This document shows, piece by piece, positions 37,909 through 48,844 of a stretch of 63,048 bases of DNA. The translations under genes and the position numbers were made by a program. The notes beneath the pieces are model-generated. The model saw only the letters and a program-made list of their open reading frames with translations. It made no database searches and was not told the DNA's origin. Position 1 is the first letter of the stretch. Each line of letters opens with the position of its first letter. Origin of the DNA: Proteromonas lacertae (Eukaryota); the NCBI GenBank assembly GCA_002245135.1, contig NGBS01000913.1:1-63048 (forward strand), given 5' to 3'.

Positions 37909-40900
37909 ATGAAACAACAAAACAAGACAGCTTGTTTGATTGCTTTTAGCATGATTGTGACAATGGGACTGTGCGTATGTCCAAATGGCTGTAGTGGTCA
38001 TGGTAAGTGTGTTTCAAACAATTGTGTTTGTTATGAAAGTGTTGGAGTGGATGGAACTTCAAAAAGTTATACTGGAAGTGACTGTTCATTAGTGAAATGT
38101 ATGGAAGGCAACCCCTTTGCTTCAGTGTCAAGTAAGTATCCTGTAAGTAACAGTGATTATTCTCCTGATTATCGTGAATTAGATGAGAGTGTGAGTAATA
38201 ATAAAAGAGAATTATCTGTTTCAACAATGAAATTAGGTGAATTATTGGATGAAACTGATAAAACAGTATGGAAAGTTAGTGGAATCGATGAATTATTAAA
38301 GCCATTGCCTAAAATGGGAGGTATTATACAATGTAAAATCGGTACTGACACAACAAATAAAGAAGTTGAAGTAATAGGTGTTTATGAAGATAAAACAACA
38401 GCCTATGTGAAATTTCCTGCAGATGCAGCAGTAACGAAAGATACTGTTGTTACTTGTGATGAAGTATTGTCTATTAGAAAGACTATGGTTTATGTGAATC
38501 ATAATGTTGAAGTTAAAGATCAATCAGCAGCATCTAGGATGTTGAATAATAATACAAGACAATTAACTGGTGAAACATTAATTTGGAATTATTATGGTAA
38601 AATAATGAAAGATTTAGGATTATTAACAGAAAAACCAACAGAAGCACCAAAACCATCTCCACAAGAAAGAAGAAATTTAGAAGAAACATCATATGAAAAG
38701 AAAGATTTTAGATTCGCATGTTATAAACCACCAGATGCAAGCAAGATAGCAAATGCAATAACAGTATATGATGGTGTAACTGCAACATATACAGAAAGTG
38801 CTGAACCTTCAACTACTGCTTTAGTATTTACATTTGGTTCTACTACTCCTGGTAGTGGTAGTGTTTGTTATTGTTTAATGGATGGTGATGTAAATCCAAT
38901 ATCAATAGAACAAACTGAATTAGGTAACTTTGTTCATAAAAATGAAAATGATAATAGTTATAATTTTGGTAAATATACCTCTTCTGATAGTGTAGATAAT
39001 GGATATGCTGTGATAAAGATTAATTCTGCTGTAAATATTGCTGAAAGTGGTGGTGTTGTAACATTTGCTATTCCTGAAAATGGTAATACAGATTTTATTA
39101 CAAATGGAAGATTAGTTTATGTTGATGTATATAATAATGGAGTATTAAGTGAAGAAAGTGGAACTATTACTTCAGCAACAACAATAACATTAACAGATAC
39201 AACTGTTAAAGGAATAGTATTACCATATATTAAAACTCATTCATCAAATCCATTAATTAATCCACCACCAACTGCTAATCTTGTCAGTGGATCAACTACA
39301 GTTTATGAAGTATATAATTTAGCAGATAAATTGATAATGAGTTTAGATGATAAATTAGGAGGAATATTAAAATGTAGTTATACTAAAAGTGATAAAACAA
39401 TAGTAGATGTATCTGCTGATGTAAAAGGATATAAAAAATCTAAAACTAATTCATTTACAGGTATTATAATTTCAAGTTATATTGAATTTTCTGATGCTGA
39501 TGCAAAGGATAATATAGGTTCAATGAAATGTAGTGGAATATCATCAATTAGAAAAGATTTTACAATGTATAATCCAATGAAATTAACTACTAAAGATGGT
39601 ACATTATCTTGGAAAGGATACAATACAATATTAGATGGAATGACATTTAAAACAAAATCTAGAATACTTGCTGATAATATTGAAGCATATTTTGCTTGTT
39701 ATACACCTACTACTAGTGATAAGAAAATAACAATTTATGATGATGTTACTATTACAACAGTCTCTAGTGATATTACATTCAAAATATCTACATCTGAAAA
39801 AACAACACCAACTAATCCAGATGATGGTGATATTTGTTATTTAGCAGCTCAATTTGATACTGATGGAAATACTGTCATTAAAATTAATTCAGATGATTTA
39901 TTAACTAGTGATTTAGGTGCATTTATTAGAAAAGGAGATCCAGACAAAAATGAAGGAGAAAGTAAAGAAGACTATTATTATGGTAAATATACAATACCAT
40001 CTGAAGGAATTGACACTATAGTTGATGAAAATAATCCACTACCAATATTTAAATTAGATAATACGAATAACAAAATAGAACAATCTAGAATAGTGTTAGT
40101 AGAAAAAGATGTACAAAGTGATGATTTAGAATATTTATCAGTTGGTCAAACAATATTTATTAACATCATTAATACAGCTGGAACTAACCAATATGATCAT
40201 AAAGCAACAATAATACCATCATCTAATTCCCGATTATTAGGTGATTCAACAGTAGAAATACCATTTACTCCAGCAATACCAAAAGGATATACATCTACAG
40301 GAACAATTCGTTTAGCAACTGCAACAGAATCAATTGAAATACTTGATACAATTGATGATAAGAAATTGTTATATAAAGTATCTGGTTTTATAGGTGATGT
40401 ATTAAGTAAATTACCACAATTAGGAGGAAAAGTTCAATGTAAATATATGAAGACAGTAGTAGAAGATAAAACAGGAGGAAGAAGATCATTAGCTTCGGCA
40501 ATTACTTCAACGCCAATTATGGGAATTGTTGATGTAAAAGCAAAAGAAGATGCTAGTAATAGTTATATTCAATTTGATCATGAGATAAAGAAAAAACCTG
40601 AAAATCCAACTGATGGTGATTATTATATTGAAGATATAGCATGTAATGAAATACAATCTACAAGAAATGATATGACATTATTAAATCCAACTATAATAAC
40701 AACTACTGGTGGTAATTATGATAGTGATAATAGAGTATTAACTTGGAAAGGATATATTCCAATATTCACAACAGTAGGATTTGATTTAACTTCTTCAAAA
40801 ACAGTTAGATTTGCTTGTTATAATCCAAAATTGGAAGGAAATAAAGAAGTAATAATACATGAAGGAGTTACTGCAAAAGCATTAAATGATAATGATGTAG

Positions 40901-41910
40901 GATTTACATTTGCAGAAGGTGATAATTTACCATCAGAAGGTGATGTATGTTATTTATTGACAACATCAAGTGGAGGTGAAATTGATATAGAAAGAAGTGA
41001 TTTATCTGAATTAATAAGAAAAGAAGCTGATGGTAAATATTATTATGGTAAATATGGAAATGTTGATAGTAAGACACAAGAAACAATTGAAAATGATGAT
41101 GGAAGTATAACTCAAATATTAGGAAGTGAAAGTTTTAGTGATAAAAAAGAGGATGTAGCTAATGATAATAAAATTTATATTGGCAAATTAGCTAATCCTG
41201 AATCTCCCTCAATAGCTTATCCTCCATCATTAATAACTACTGGAATGAAGAAATTAATAGTTGCTGGAACAATATTAAATATAGATGGAGTAACAACTCA
41301 AATATTAAAAGTAAAAGTAAATGAAAATAATAAATTTGAATTATCATTAAGTAATACAGTTGTTGTTAGATTTCCAAGATTATTATCAGATAGTCTACCT
41401 TCTCTAACAATTACATTTTCATCAGAACAATCAATTCATAAATCATTAGAATGTAGTGGTCAAGGAAGTTGTGATAGAACAAGTGGTGTTTGTAATTGTT
41501 TTGATGGATTTAGTGGAAGTGCTTGTCAAAGATTAGATTGTCCAAATAATTGTAATGGAAATGGTCGATGTGTTCCATTAAATGAATTATTGTCAAATAA
41601 TGAATTAGAGAATGGTTATGAAGGATTTGGGAATAAGCATGTTGTTAGTGATGGTAGTGGTAATACAATTTCATTTGATGATCAAGTCTATGGTTGTTTA
41701 TGTGATAAAAGACATCGTGGATATGATTGTAGTTTAATTGAATGTCCATCTGGTGTAGATCCAGAAGAAGCAACAAATGATAAGAATAATAATGAAAGTG
41801 AGTTTAGAGATTGTAGTGGAAGAGGTATTTGTAATTACTCAACAGGTGTTTGTGAATGTTTTGATGGCTTTAGTGGAGAAGGATGTCAAAACCAAGTTGC
41901 AATGATGTAA
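37909..41910 (+). CDS. Secreted EGF/tenascin-repeat protein of mastigoneme (Sig1/Ocm1-like) architecture with three internal ~350-aa repeats
   Basis: Signal peptide, CPNGCSGHG..DCS at the N-terminus, ECSGQG.CDR..ACQR..CPNNC..DCS..CPSG.DP..CSGRG..CQNQ at the C-terminus; LGG..C / FACY.P / YYYGKY units x3. Confidence 0.78.
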   Translation: MKQQNKTACLIAFSMIVTMGLCVCPNGCSGHGKCVSNNCVCYESVGVDGTSKSYTGSDCSLVKCMEGNPFASVSSKYPVSNSDYSPDYRELDESVSNNKRELSVSTMKLGELLDETDKTVWKVSGIDELLKPLPKMGGIIQCKIGTDTTNKEVEVIGVYEDKTTAYVKFPADAAVTKDTVVTCDEVLSIRKTMVYVNHNVEVKDQSAASRMLNNNTRQLTGETLIWNYYGKIMKDLGLLTEKPTEAPKPSPQERRNLEETSYEKKDFRFACYKPPDASKIANAITVYDGVTATYTESAEPSTTALVFTFGSTTPGSGSVCYCLMDGDVNPISIEQTELGNFVHKNENDNSYNFGKYTSSDSVDNGYAVIKINSAVNIAESGGVVTFAIPENGNTDFITNGRLVYVDVYNNGVLSEESGTITSATTITLTDTTVKGIVLPYIKTHSSNPLINPPPTANLVSGSTTVYEVYNLADKLIMSLDDKLGGILKCSYTKSDKTIVDVSADVKGYKKSKTNSFTGIIISSYIEFSDADAKDNIGSMKCSGISSIRKDFTMYNPMKLTTKDGTLSWKGYNTILDGMTFKTKSRILADNIEAYFACYTPTTSDKKITIYDDVTITTVSSDITFKISTSEKTTPTNPDDGDICYLAAQFDTDGNTVIKINSDDLLTSDLGAFIRKGDPDKNEGESKEDYYYGKYTIPSEGIDTIVDENNPLPIFKLDNTNNKIEQSRIVLVEKDVQSDDLEYLSVGQTIFINIINTAGTNQYDHKATIIPSSNSRLLGDSTVEIPFTPAIPKGYTSTGTIRLATATESIEILDTIDDKKLLYKVSGFIGDVLSKLPQLGGKVQCKYMKTVVEDKTGGRRSLASAITSTPIMGIVDVKAKEDASNSYIQFDHEIKKKPENPTDGDYYIEDIACNEIQSTRNDMTLLNPTIITTTGGNYDSDNRVLTWKGYIPIFTTVGFDLTSSKTVRFACYNPKLEGNKEVIIHEGVTAKALNDNDVGFTFAEGDNLPSEGDVCYLLTTSSGGEIDIERSDLSELIRKEADGKYYYGKYGNVDSKTQETIENDDGSITQILGSESFSDKKEDVANDNKIYIGKLANPESPSIAYPPSLITTGMKKLIVAGTILNIDGVTTQILKVKVNENNKFELSLSNTVVVRFPRLLSDSLPSLTITFSSEQSIHKSLECSGQGSCDRTSGVCNCFDGFSGSACQRLDCPNNCNGNGRCVPLNELLSNNELENGYEGFGNKHVVSDGSGNTISFDDQVYGCLCDKRHRGYDCSLIECPSGVDPEEATNDKNNNESEFRDCSGRGICNYSTGVCECFDGFSGEGCQNQVAMM

Positions 41911-42272
41911 TAACATATTATTACATTCACTTCATTCATATTATTGATTTTTATTAATTGATTAACTCTTATACTTATGTTAATCAATATTATGAATATT
42001 TTGATTTTGTTTTACCATTGAATATCACATTACAACATCCAATTTACATCTTCATTTATAATAATATTCACTGTAATATATTAACAGACATTTTTCATTC
42101 ACTACATATAATTTACATTAGTGAATTTGCCTTTAGTATTATGATGATTATATACATCACATAATTCATTTTCATAACATTTCAACCTTTATTTGTTGAA
42201 CAAGAAAGGATTTAAAATTGAATGAAATTAAATCTTTTTGAAAATTTTTGTTTTTAATTTTAGCTCACTAAG

Positions 42273-43490
42273 ATGTCTGTCAACCTTAACAAAATAGGAA
42301 TTGATTTAGACACTCTTTCATACAGCTGTGGAGTATATAAAAGTGGTACAGTCGTTCCTATTCACTATGGACATGAAATAAGCTATTTACCAGGATATAT
42401 CTATTTCAATCCTAAGAGTGATGAAGTTTGCATAGGAACAACAGGGAGACACTACCTTGGAAGACATGAAGATATAGATGTTGTTTATGATGTTGGTAGA
42501 TTGATGGGTCGTTCTTATGATGAAGCGTCAATGGAAACAGATATGAAACATTGGGCTTTCAAAGTATTAAACAAGAAAAATGTGCCAATATACGAAGTAC
42601 CTCATAACAAAACCAGAATGGAGTTGAGTATCTCAGATGTATTAGCAGAATGTTTAAAAAAGATCAAAAAATATGCTGATGAATCTATTAATCAAAATAA
42701 AAATGCAACAACAGAAGCAGTAATAGCAATTCCAGAAACACTAGGTAAATTAGAGAAAGAGCAAATCATGAAGAGTTGTCAACTAGCAAATATAAAACCA
42801 ATTGAATTATTACCTGAATCTACAGCAGCTGTTATTAGTTATATGAATCATATAATTGGTGAAGATCCATCCATTTCAGGTAATGATAAATTCGAAAAAA
42901 TATTAATCTACAACTTAGGTGGAAGTACTTTTTCAGCAAGTTTATATGAAGTAAATTATCATTCAAAAGAATTGAAATTATTAAAACAAGAAGGTGACAA
43001 TATGTTAGGATCTATTGATTTAATCAATCATTTAATGGATTACTGTATTAATTTGTATAATAAAAAGTTTAAGAAGAATCCAGAAGGAGTTGATTTATCA
43101 CTAATTAGAAAGGATTGTGATGAAGCTTTTAACTTGTTTAGTGATAAGAATAACGATGATATTGATGAATATCAATGTACTTATTGCTTCTTAGCTAATG
43201 AAGATGGTAATGATTCTATATCGCTTAAAACATTCAATGAATTTGGAAGGATTAGATATGTGAGAACAATAGCAATTATTGATAATGTTTTAGGTAAAAT
43301 AAGTTGTGATGATGTTAGTAGTGTTGTGTTATGTGGAAGAGGTAGTGGAATTAAAGCTATAGTTGATATGATTAGTAATAAGTTTAGAAAAAGTAAAATT
43401 GTGAATGATATGGATAGTGATGAAATGAAGGCGATTGGTGCTGCAATATACGCTAATAACAGTGAATTTAAATATAAAATTGTTAATTAA
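42273..43490 (+). CDS. Divergent Hsp70-family protein, nucleotide-binding domain only
   Basis: GIDLDT, RLMGR, AVIAIP, ESTAA, YNLGGSTF, GDNMLGS, AIGAAIYA, then stop. Confidence 0.85.
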   Translation: MSVNLNKIGIDLDTLSYSCGVYKSGTVVPIHYGHEISYLPGYIYFNPKSDEVCIGTTGRHYLGRHEDIDVVYDVGRLMGRSYDEASMETDMKHWAFKVLNKKNVPIYEVPHNKTRMELSISDVLAECLKKIKKYADESINQNKNATTEAVIAIPETLGKLEKEQIMKSCQLANIKPIELLPESTAAVISYMNHIIGEDPSISGNDKFEKILIYNLGGSTFSASLYEVNYHSKELKLLKQEGDNMLGSIDLINHLMDYCINLYNKKFKKNPEGVDLSLIRKDCDEAFNLFSDKNNDDIDEYQCTYCFLANEDGNDSISLKTFNEFGRIRYVRTIAIIDNVLGKISCDDVSSVVLCGRGSGIKAIVDMISNKFRKSKIVNDMDSDEMKAIGAAIYANNSEFKYKIVN

Positions 43491-43588
43491 AGAATATTAT
43501 ATTATATTTTTTATAATCATTATATTAAAATATGTTTATTAAATACATAAAGAAGAATTTAGAATAAAGAGGGAAAAAAAGAAAAAAT

Positions 43589-43661
43589 TGGAGATGAGAG
43601 GCATCGATCCCCTTACCTCTCGCATGCTAAGCGAGCGCTCTACCATCTGAGCTACATCCCC
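43589..43661 (-). tRNA. tRNA-Ala(AGC)
   Basis: GGGGATGTAGCTCAGATGGTAGAGCGCTCGCTTAGCATGCGAGAGG..CTCCA, 73 nt, downstream T-run; one T-stem substitution relative to the other copies. Confidence 0.96.
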
Positions 43662-43728
43662 TTCTGAAATTTTATTAAAAATACCCTTTATAAAACAAAC
43701 AATATTCTATACATAATTTTTTAATCAA

Positions 43729-45016
43729 TTAAGATGAAGGACCAGTAGTTGTCAACAATTTCTTCTGTCTATGGTTCTGTAAATGCACATTTAACTCAGT
43801 TTTAGATTTCAACTCTTTATTACAATCAATTTCACTACATTTATAATTCCTCGTTTCATCATGCATTCTCATTTTATGCCTTGTTAAATTTTTCATAGTA
43901 TGAGTCTTAAACCCACAATGAGGATAAGAACAACATATTTCCTTAGTATTTTCAGGAGATAGTGCAACATTGGGATGGAATTGTTTGATATGTGAATAAT
44001 ACAAATTCGAACATAATGTAGTAAAAGGACAACCAGCTTCTGTACATTTATATTCTGTTTTGGCAGTAAAGGAGTAATTGCTATTTTTATGACTATTAAA
44101 ATGTCTTTTCATATTACACTTTCTAATTGTTACATAAGTACAATTCTCATAAACACAATGAAATAATCCATCTTTAGGATTCTTTACCAATGTAGATGTT
44201 ATTAATGGATTAATTGTGTTATTATTATTATTATTATTTAACCCATTTGATGAAGATGATGATAAAGGCAATGTTGGAGGTAGAATTGGAGGTGGTGGTG
44301 GAGGTGTTAATGCTGAATTAGAATTGCTATTCACTGTATTTTCAGTATTATTATCATTATTAGAGGTAATTGTAGTAGTTGTTGTTGTAGATAATGATGG
44401 TGATTGTAATGGCATATTTGATAATAAAGTATTACTCAACAATTCATTTTGATGAGTTTTCTTATGTTTTTCATAAGCTCTTGGATTATTCGTTTTAAAT
44501 ATACAACCAGGATATTCACATGAATATGTTGTATTCGTATGAATAATCATATGACTTTGAATTAGTGATCTTCTAATAGCTGTATAACTACAACCAGGAT
44601 ATGTACAACTATAAACACCTTTGTGACTTGCTAAATGTACACGATAATCAATCAAATTCTTATATTTCTCAGTACATTCAGTACAGTGGTAATAACCTTC
44701 TGGATCTTGAACTGGACCGGATAGTTTTAATACATCTACTGATGATATTCCTGGATGAATTGATTTAGCATGTTCACGGATTGAACTGATTCTACTACCA
44801 GTGAAATTACAATTTGGAACTGAACATTTGTATAGTTTTTCACCCGTATGAACGTATAAGTGTTGTAACATATGATTGTAAGAGTCAAAGATTAAGGGAC
44901 AACCATTAATTGGACAACTTTGTTTTATACAACAGATACGTTTACGTTGAGGTTCATCGGTTGATGATGATGATTGTGAAACTGATGTATTTGATGTATT
45001 AATTGTATTATGTATT

Positions 45017-45056
<40 letters not shown>

Positions 45057-45371
45057 CTATTTGTTGATTGATAGATTCAACATTATTATTCATTGAAGAT
45101 AATGATGGAGATTTAATATCATTGCCATTATTAGATACTTGTTGAGAAGAATCACTATTATTATTATTATAATTATCATTATTATTATTATTATTCATAA
45201 TATTATTAATAGGAATATTGGATAATTCATCATTCTGATTTCTTCTTCTCTTTATACCAACTGTTGTTGTTATATTATTATTATTAATTGATGTTGACAT
45301 TAATGAAGAAGAAGAAGATGATGATGAAGATATATTGTTAGGTGATGATATTGATGATGATGATGATGAAG

Positions 45372-45405
<34 letters not shown>

Positions 45406-46027
45406 AACTGATTCTGTACTGTGATATAATTTCCTATGATATGATAAATCTGATAATCGATATGCTGAAAAATGACAGTTTTTAAATTGACATTCGAAAT
45501 CTTTTACACCTGAATGGACTTTTAAATGATACTTCATATCTGATGCTCTTTTTGTATGGTATTTACACCCTTCATATTTACAGACAGTTTCATCATCTGC
45601 TGGAGGAATGTCTTCTACTGGAATTATTACATTTAATGAGATTGGTGCTAAGTTTGAATGTGCTACAGCATAATGATTTAAGATTTTGTTTCTTTTTAAA
45701 GCATGAAACTGACATTTTTCTACTGGACACTTGTATTGACGAGTCCCTGAATGAATTGCAGTATGAATTGTTAAACTACGATAATTTGTTGTTGTATAGT
45801 TACAAGAAGCTAAAGGGCATTTGAATTCTGGAATATTTATAGAAGTAGTTGGATTTAAATTCTCTTCCATCGCTTGATTCTGTGACATATTAAGTTGCTG
45901 ATCGTTTATCTGAGTTGCTAGGTAAAAGAATAACAATTACATAAATACTTGTCACTTCACTCTTCTCTAATGTTTCATGTGAGTTAAGTGGTTGTGATTC
46001 ATTCTCTGATGTTGTTGATTGCATCAT
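43729..46027 (-). CDS. Multi-C2H2 zinc-finger protein with N/S/T homopolymer linkers (2 exons)
   Basis: More than ten Cx2-4C..H..H fingers, HTGEKLYKC linker; upstream exon starts at ATG 46027. Confidence 0.9.
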
Positions 46028-46229
46028 TTTAATTTTCTACAATATAGAAAACACAGAACAGATCTTCAACTTCAAAAACCTAACTCAAGCCTGTTTGACT
46101 CAAATCATGTGACTTTTCAAAATCTTCTTTTTCTCCATTTATAGAATGGTATTGATTGATTTTAGGAATTATTTTTACTTTACCAGCAATAAACACAATA
46201 TACACAAAGATAAATAGTTATTAAATTAA

Positions 46230-46883
46230 TCAAAATGTTTAATTAAAGTTTTATAAGTGACTAAGAAAGATTCAAACTGTACTTTGGGTATAGAATATGA
46301 GCCAAATCTAGCTAGTTCATAAATATCAATCTATACACCTATAAATATGAATATATACATATGATTCAAACACAGAAGGATCATCAAACTTCTTTGACAG
46401 ACGAGTAATGAAATCTCTCATGGATTCATTGGGTGTTCTAGTGATATTATGATATTTTTCACATTTCTCTTCTATCACTAAATAGGATCTTTGAATGATT
46501 GTTTTATAACAAATTGGTTTTGTATTATCTTCTGAAAAATCCCATCCTTTCTCAGCTTTATCTCCTTCTTCTGGCATTAAACAAGCATTCTTTGACACCA
46601 TTATTCTGTGCATAATTGAAGCAAGAGTTTTCTAGTTAAATAGAATAAAAACACAAAAATACACCAGACACATTTGCTTTTGTTATTGTGAAATTCTTTT
46701 TAGGTAGTGTGTTTAGAAATATTCCTTTAAATACAGAATGTTTTGTACTTAAAAATGTGACTACACATAACTACGACAATATATTCACAGATTACACTAT
46801 ACCAAAACTAAAATAGCTACACTTGAACAAATTAAATGTAGAAAGTGTAATTCAACCGCATTACCTTCTAGATTCCTATCCAT
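46230..46883 (-). CDS. Small multi-exon hypothetical protein with an N-terminal hydrophobic segment
   Basis: ATG 46883, GT-AG introns, exon 46326-46613; one exon phase not resolved. Confidence 0.5.
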
Positions 46884-46987
46884 ATCTCATAAAACGAAAA
46901 AGAAAAAAAAGTATTTCAAGCTTTTTTTCAAGCCAAGCCTTTGTAACAAACAACCGTTTTAATAATCTCTTAACTTAATATCTACTC

Positions 46988-47694
46988 ATGTATTGCACTA
47001 AACTTAAATACGATAAAGATTTTGTTTTCACTAGAGTAGGATGCATTACTATTAATGATCCATATGAGAAAAAAGGACGTATATCTAAATGGTTATAATC
47101 TGTTGTAGTTGTTCCATCTCGTTACAAGAATAAACAATTCCAGACTAATCCACCTAAATCAAAAGATGGAGGTGTTGGTTATTTCTCAAAGTTAAAATAT
47201 GAACCTGACCCATATCACAGCACAACAAGTATGATTATTATTTGTATCAAATAATAGGTTATTTAAAAACACAACCCTTAAAAGATCGTAAATTAGGTTT
47301 TGGAACACATGATGCTTCAAAACGTGATGAATTTACTGATACAATCAATACAGAAACATACAGACAATTATTAAAGAGAGAAGGCAAATTGATCGATGAA
47401 ATAATAGAAAGAGAACAAGCTAATTTACCACCAGAAGAAGAAGACAAAAACAGATTCAACCAGCCAGACTCATTGTTTGAATTTGGAAGAACAAAAATTA
47501 CAGAGTTCTGTCAGCAATGTCATAAAGATACATTCTATTGTCCACATAAGAACATTAATAAAGATTATGGTACAAACCATACTAGTTATATGGATCTTGG
47601 TGAAGGAGTGACTGATCCTACTGTATTAAAGAAACCAGAGTTTGCTATGTCAGGTGCAACTAAACAATTCTTAGATCGTAGTCATATTCATTAA
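46988..47694 (+). CDS. Conserved cilia-associated-like protein (DUF4586/CFAP96-like), 3 exons
   Basis: FTRVGCITINDPY, SRYKNKQFQTNPPK, GYFSKLKY..DPY, KLGFGTHDASKRDEF motifs; family assignment from memory. Confidence 0.55.
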
Positions 47695-47815
47695 ATAATC
47701 TATTATTATATTTTCTATGTATTTTAAAAAGTGTGTTTGTTTGATTATTAAAAATAAAAATGTGTATAGAATAAAGATAGATAAAGAAAAAAAGAAAGAA
47801 AAATAAAAAGAAAAT

Positions 47816-47888
47816 TGGAGATGAGGGGCATCGATCCCCTTACCTCTCGCATGCTAAGCGAGCGCTCTACCATCTGAGCTACATCCCC
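47816..47888 (-). tRNA. tRNA-Ala(AGC)
   Basis: 73-nt cloverleaf, anticodon loop TTAGCAT. Confidence 0.96.
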
Positions 47889-47995
47889 ACACTAAATTTT
47901 ATTAACTTTTTCATATATTAATCTTCACAATCTCTTTTTCTTTCTTTTTATTTTCATTTTTTTCATTTTATTCAATATAAACACAAATTAACACA

Positions 47996-48665
47996 TCAAC
48001 TATTAGTATTTATATTATTCTTTATCTCATGAATCCATTTACTATTTGGAATCTTTCCAACTTTTAACAACAAACGAATACATTCTACAAATTTATCATC
48101 TACATTATTCAAACACTCTTCCAATAAACAAAATGATGAAAATCGATGGATTTTCAATATCTTTGAAACTTCAAAACTTGAATTTGGAATTGATAACACT
48201 TTTATATTCTTTAAACAACACAATAACACTAAATGATTTATCATATACAATGGTCTATTCAAATTATATCAGTTTCATTATATATATACTCAAGTTGAGC
48301 ATTTATTATTACTATTAAAGGGTTTTTATTCTCCACACATCTCAAACATTCATTTATACCTATCACACATATCTTCTCATTATTTGATTTCTTTATTGGC
48401 AATGGAATAAAATCATCACTCTCATTCTCTTTCACTTTTTTAACTCTTTTTCTTCTTTCAAAATATTCACATAAAATAGGTAATAGATTACTATAGATTA
48501 TCAATCATTTACTTCAAATATTATACTGTTTGATTTTCTCTAAATAGATTTCACTCTCAGATTCTGGAATTTGAGGTCTAATAAATACAACAGGTGAATA
48601 TACAATGTTATTTTATATGGATTTTCTATTTCTAACTTTTTTATCTTTTTTGCTTTATCTTTCAT
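47996..48665 (-). CDS. L7Ae-fold protein (RNase P/MRP Pop3/Rpp38-like), copy 1, multi-exon
   Basis: ICVIGINECLRCVE..LIVII and P..MINHLVLLC motifs. Confidence 0.6.
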
Positions 48666-48844
48666 TGAGAAAACTCAATTTTTATAATATAGGTTTGATT
48701 CTTTCAAGCCATATTCATTTTTGAAAAATCAAAAAAGAAGATGTATTAATCAATAAAATGTATGAAATTTGTGTAGGAATATAAATTGTGCTCTTATACT
48801 TGTAAATATCAATAAACAACTTATATAATGAATAAAGAAATTAT

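Larger units (their letters stand above)
47704..48726. repeat. Left arm of about 1.02-kb inverted duplication
   Basis: Reverse complement of 58443-59462 with few differences; contains tRNA-Ala and the L7Ae gene. Confidence 0.95.

Noticed and set aside
44200..45410. (ATT)n, (GTT)n and (GAT)n microsatellites
   Set aside because: They encode ordinary N/T/S homopolymer linkers of the zinc-finger protein
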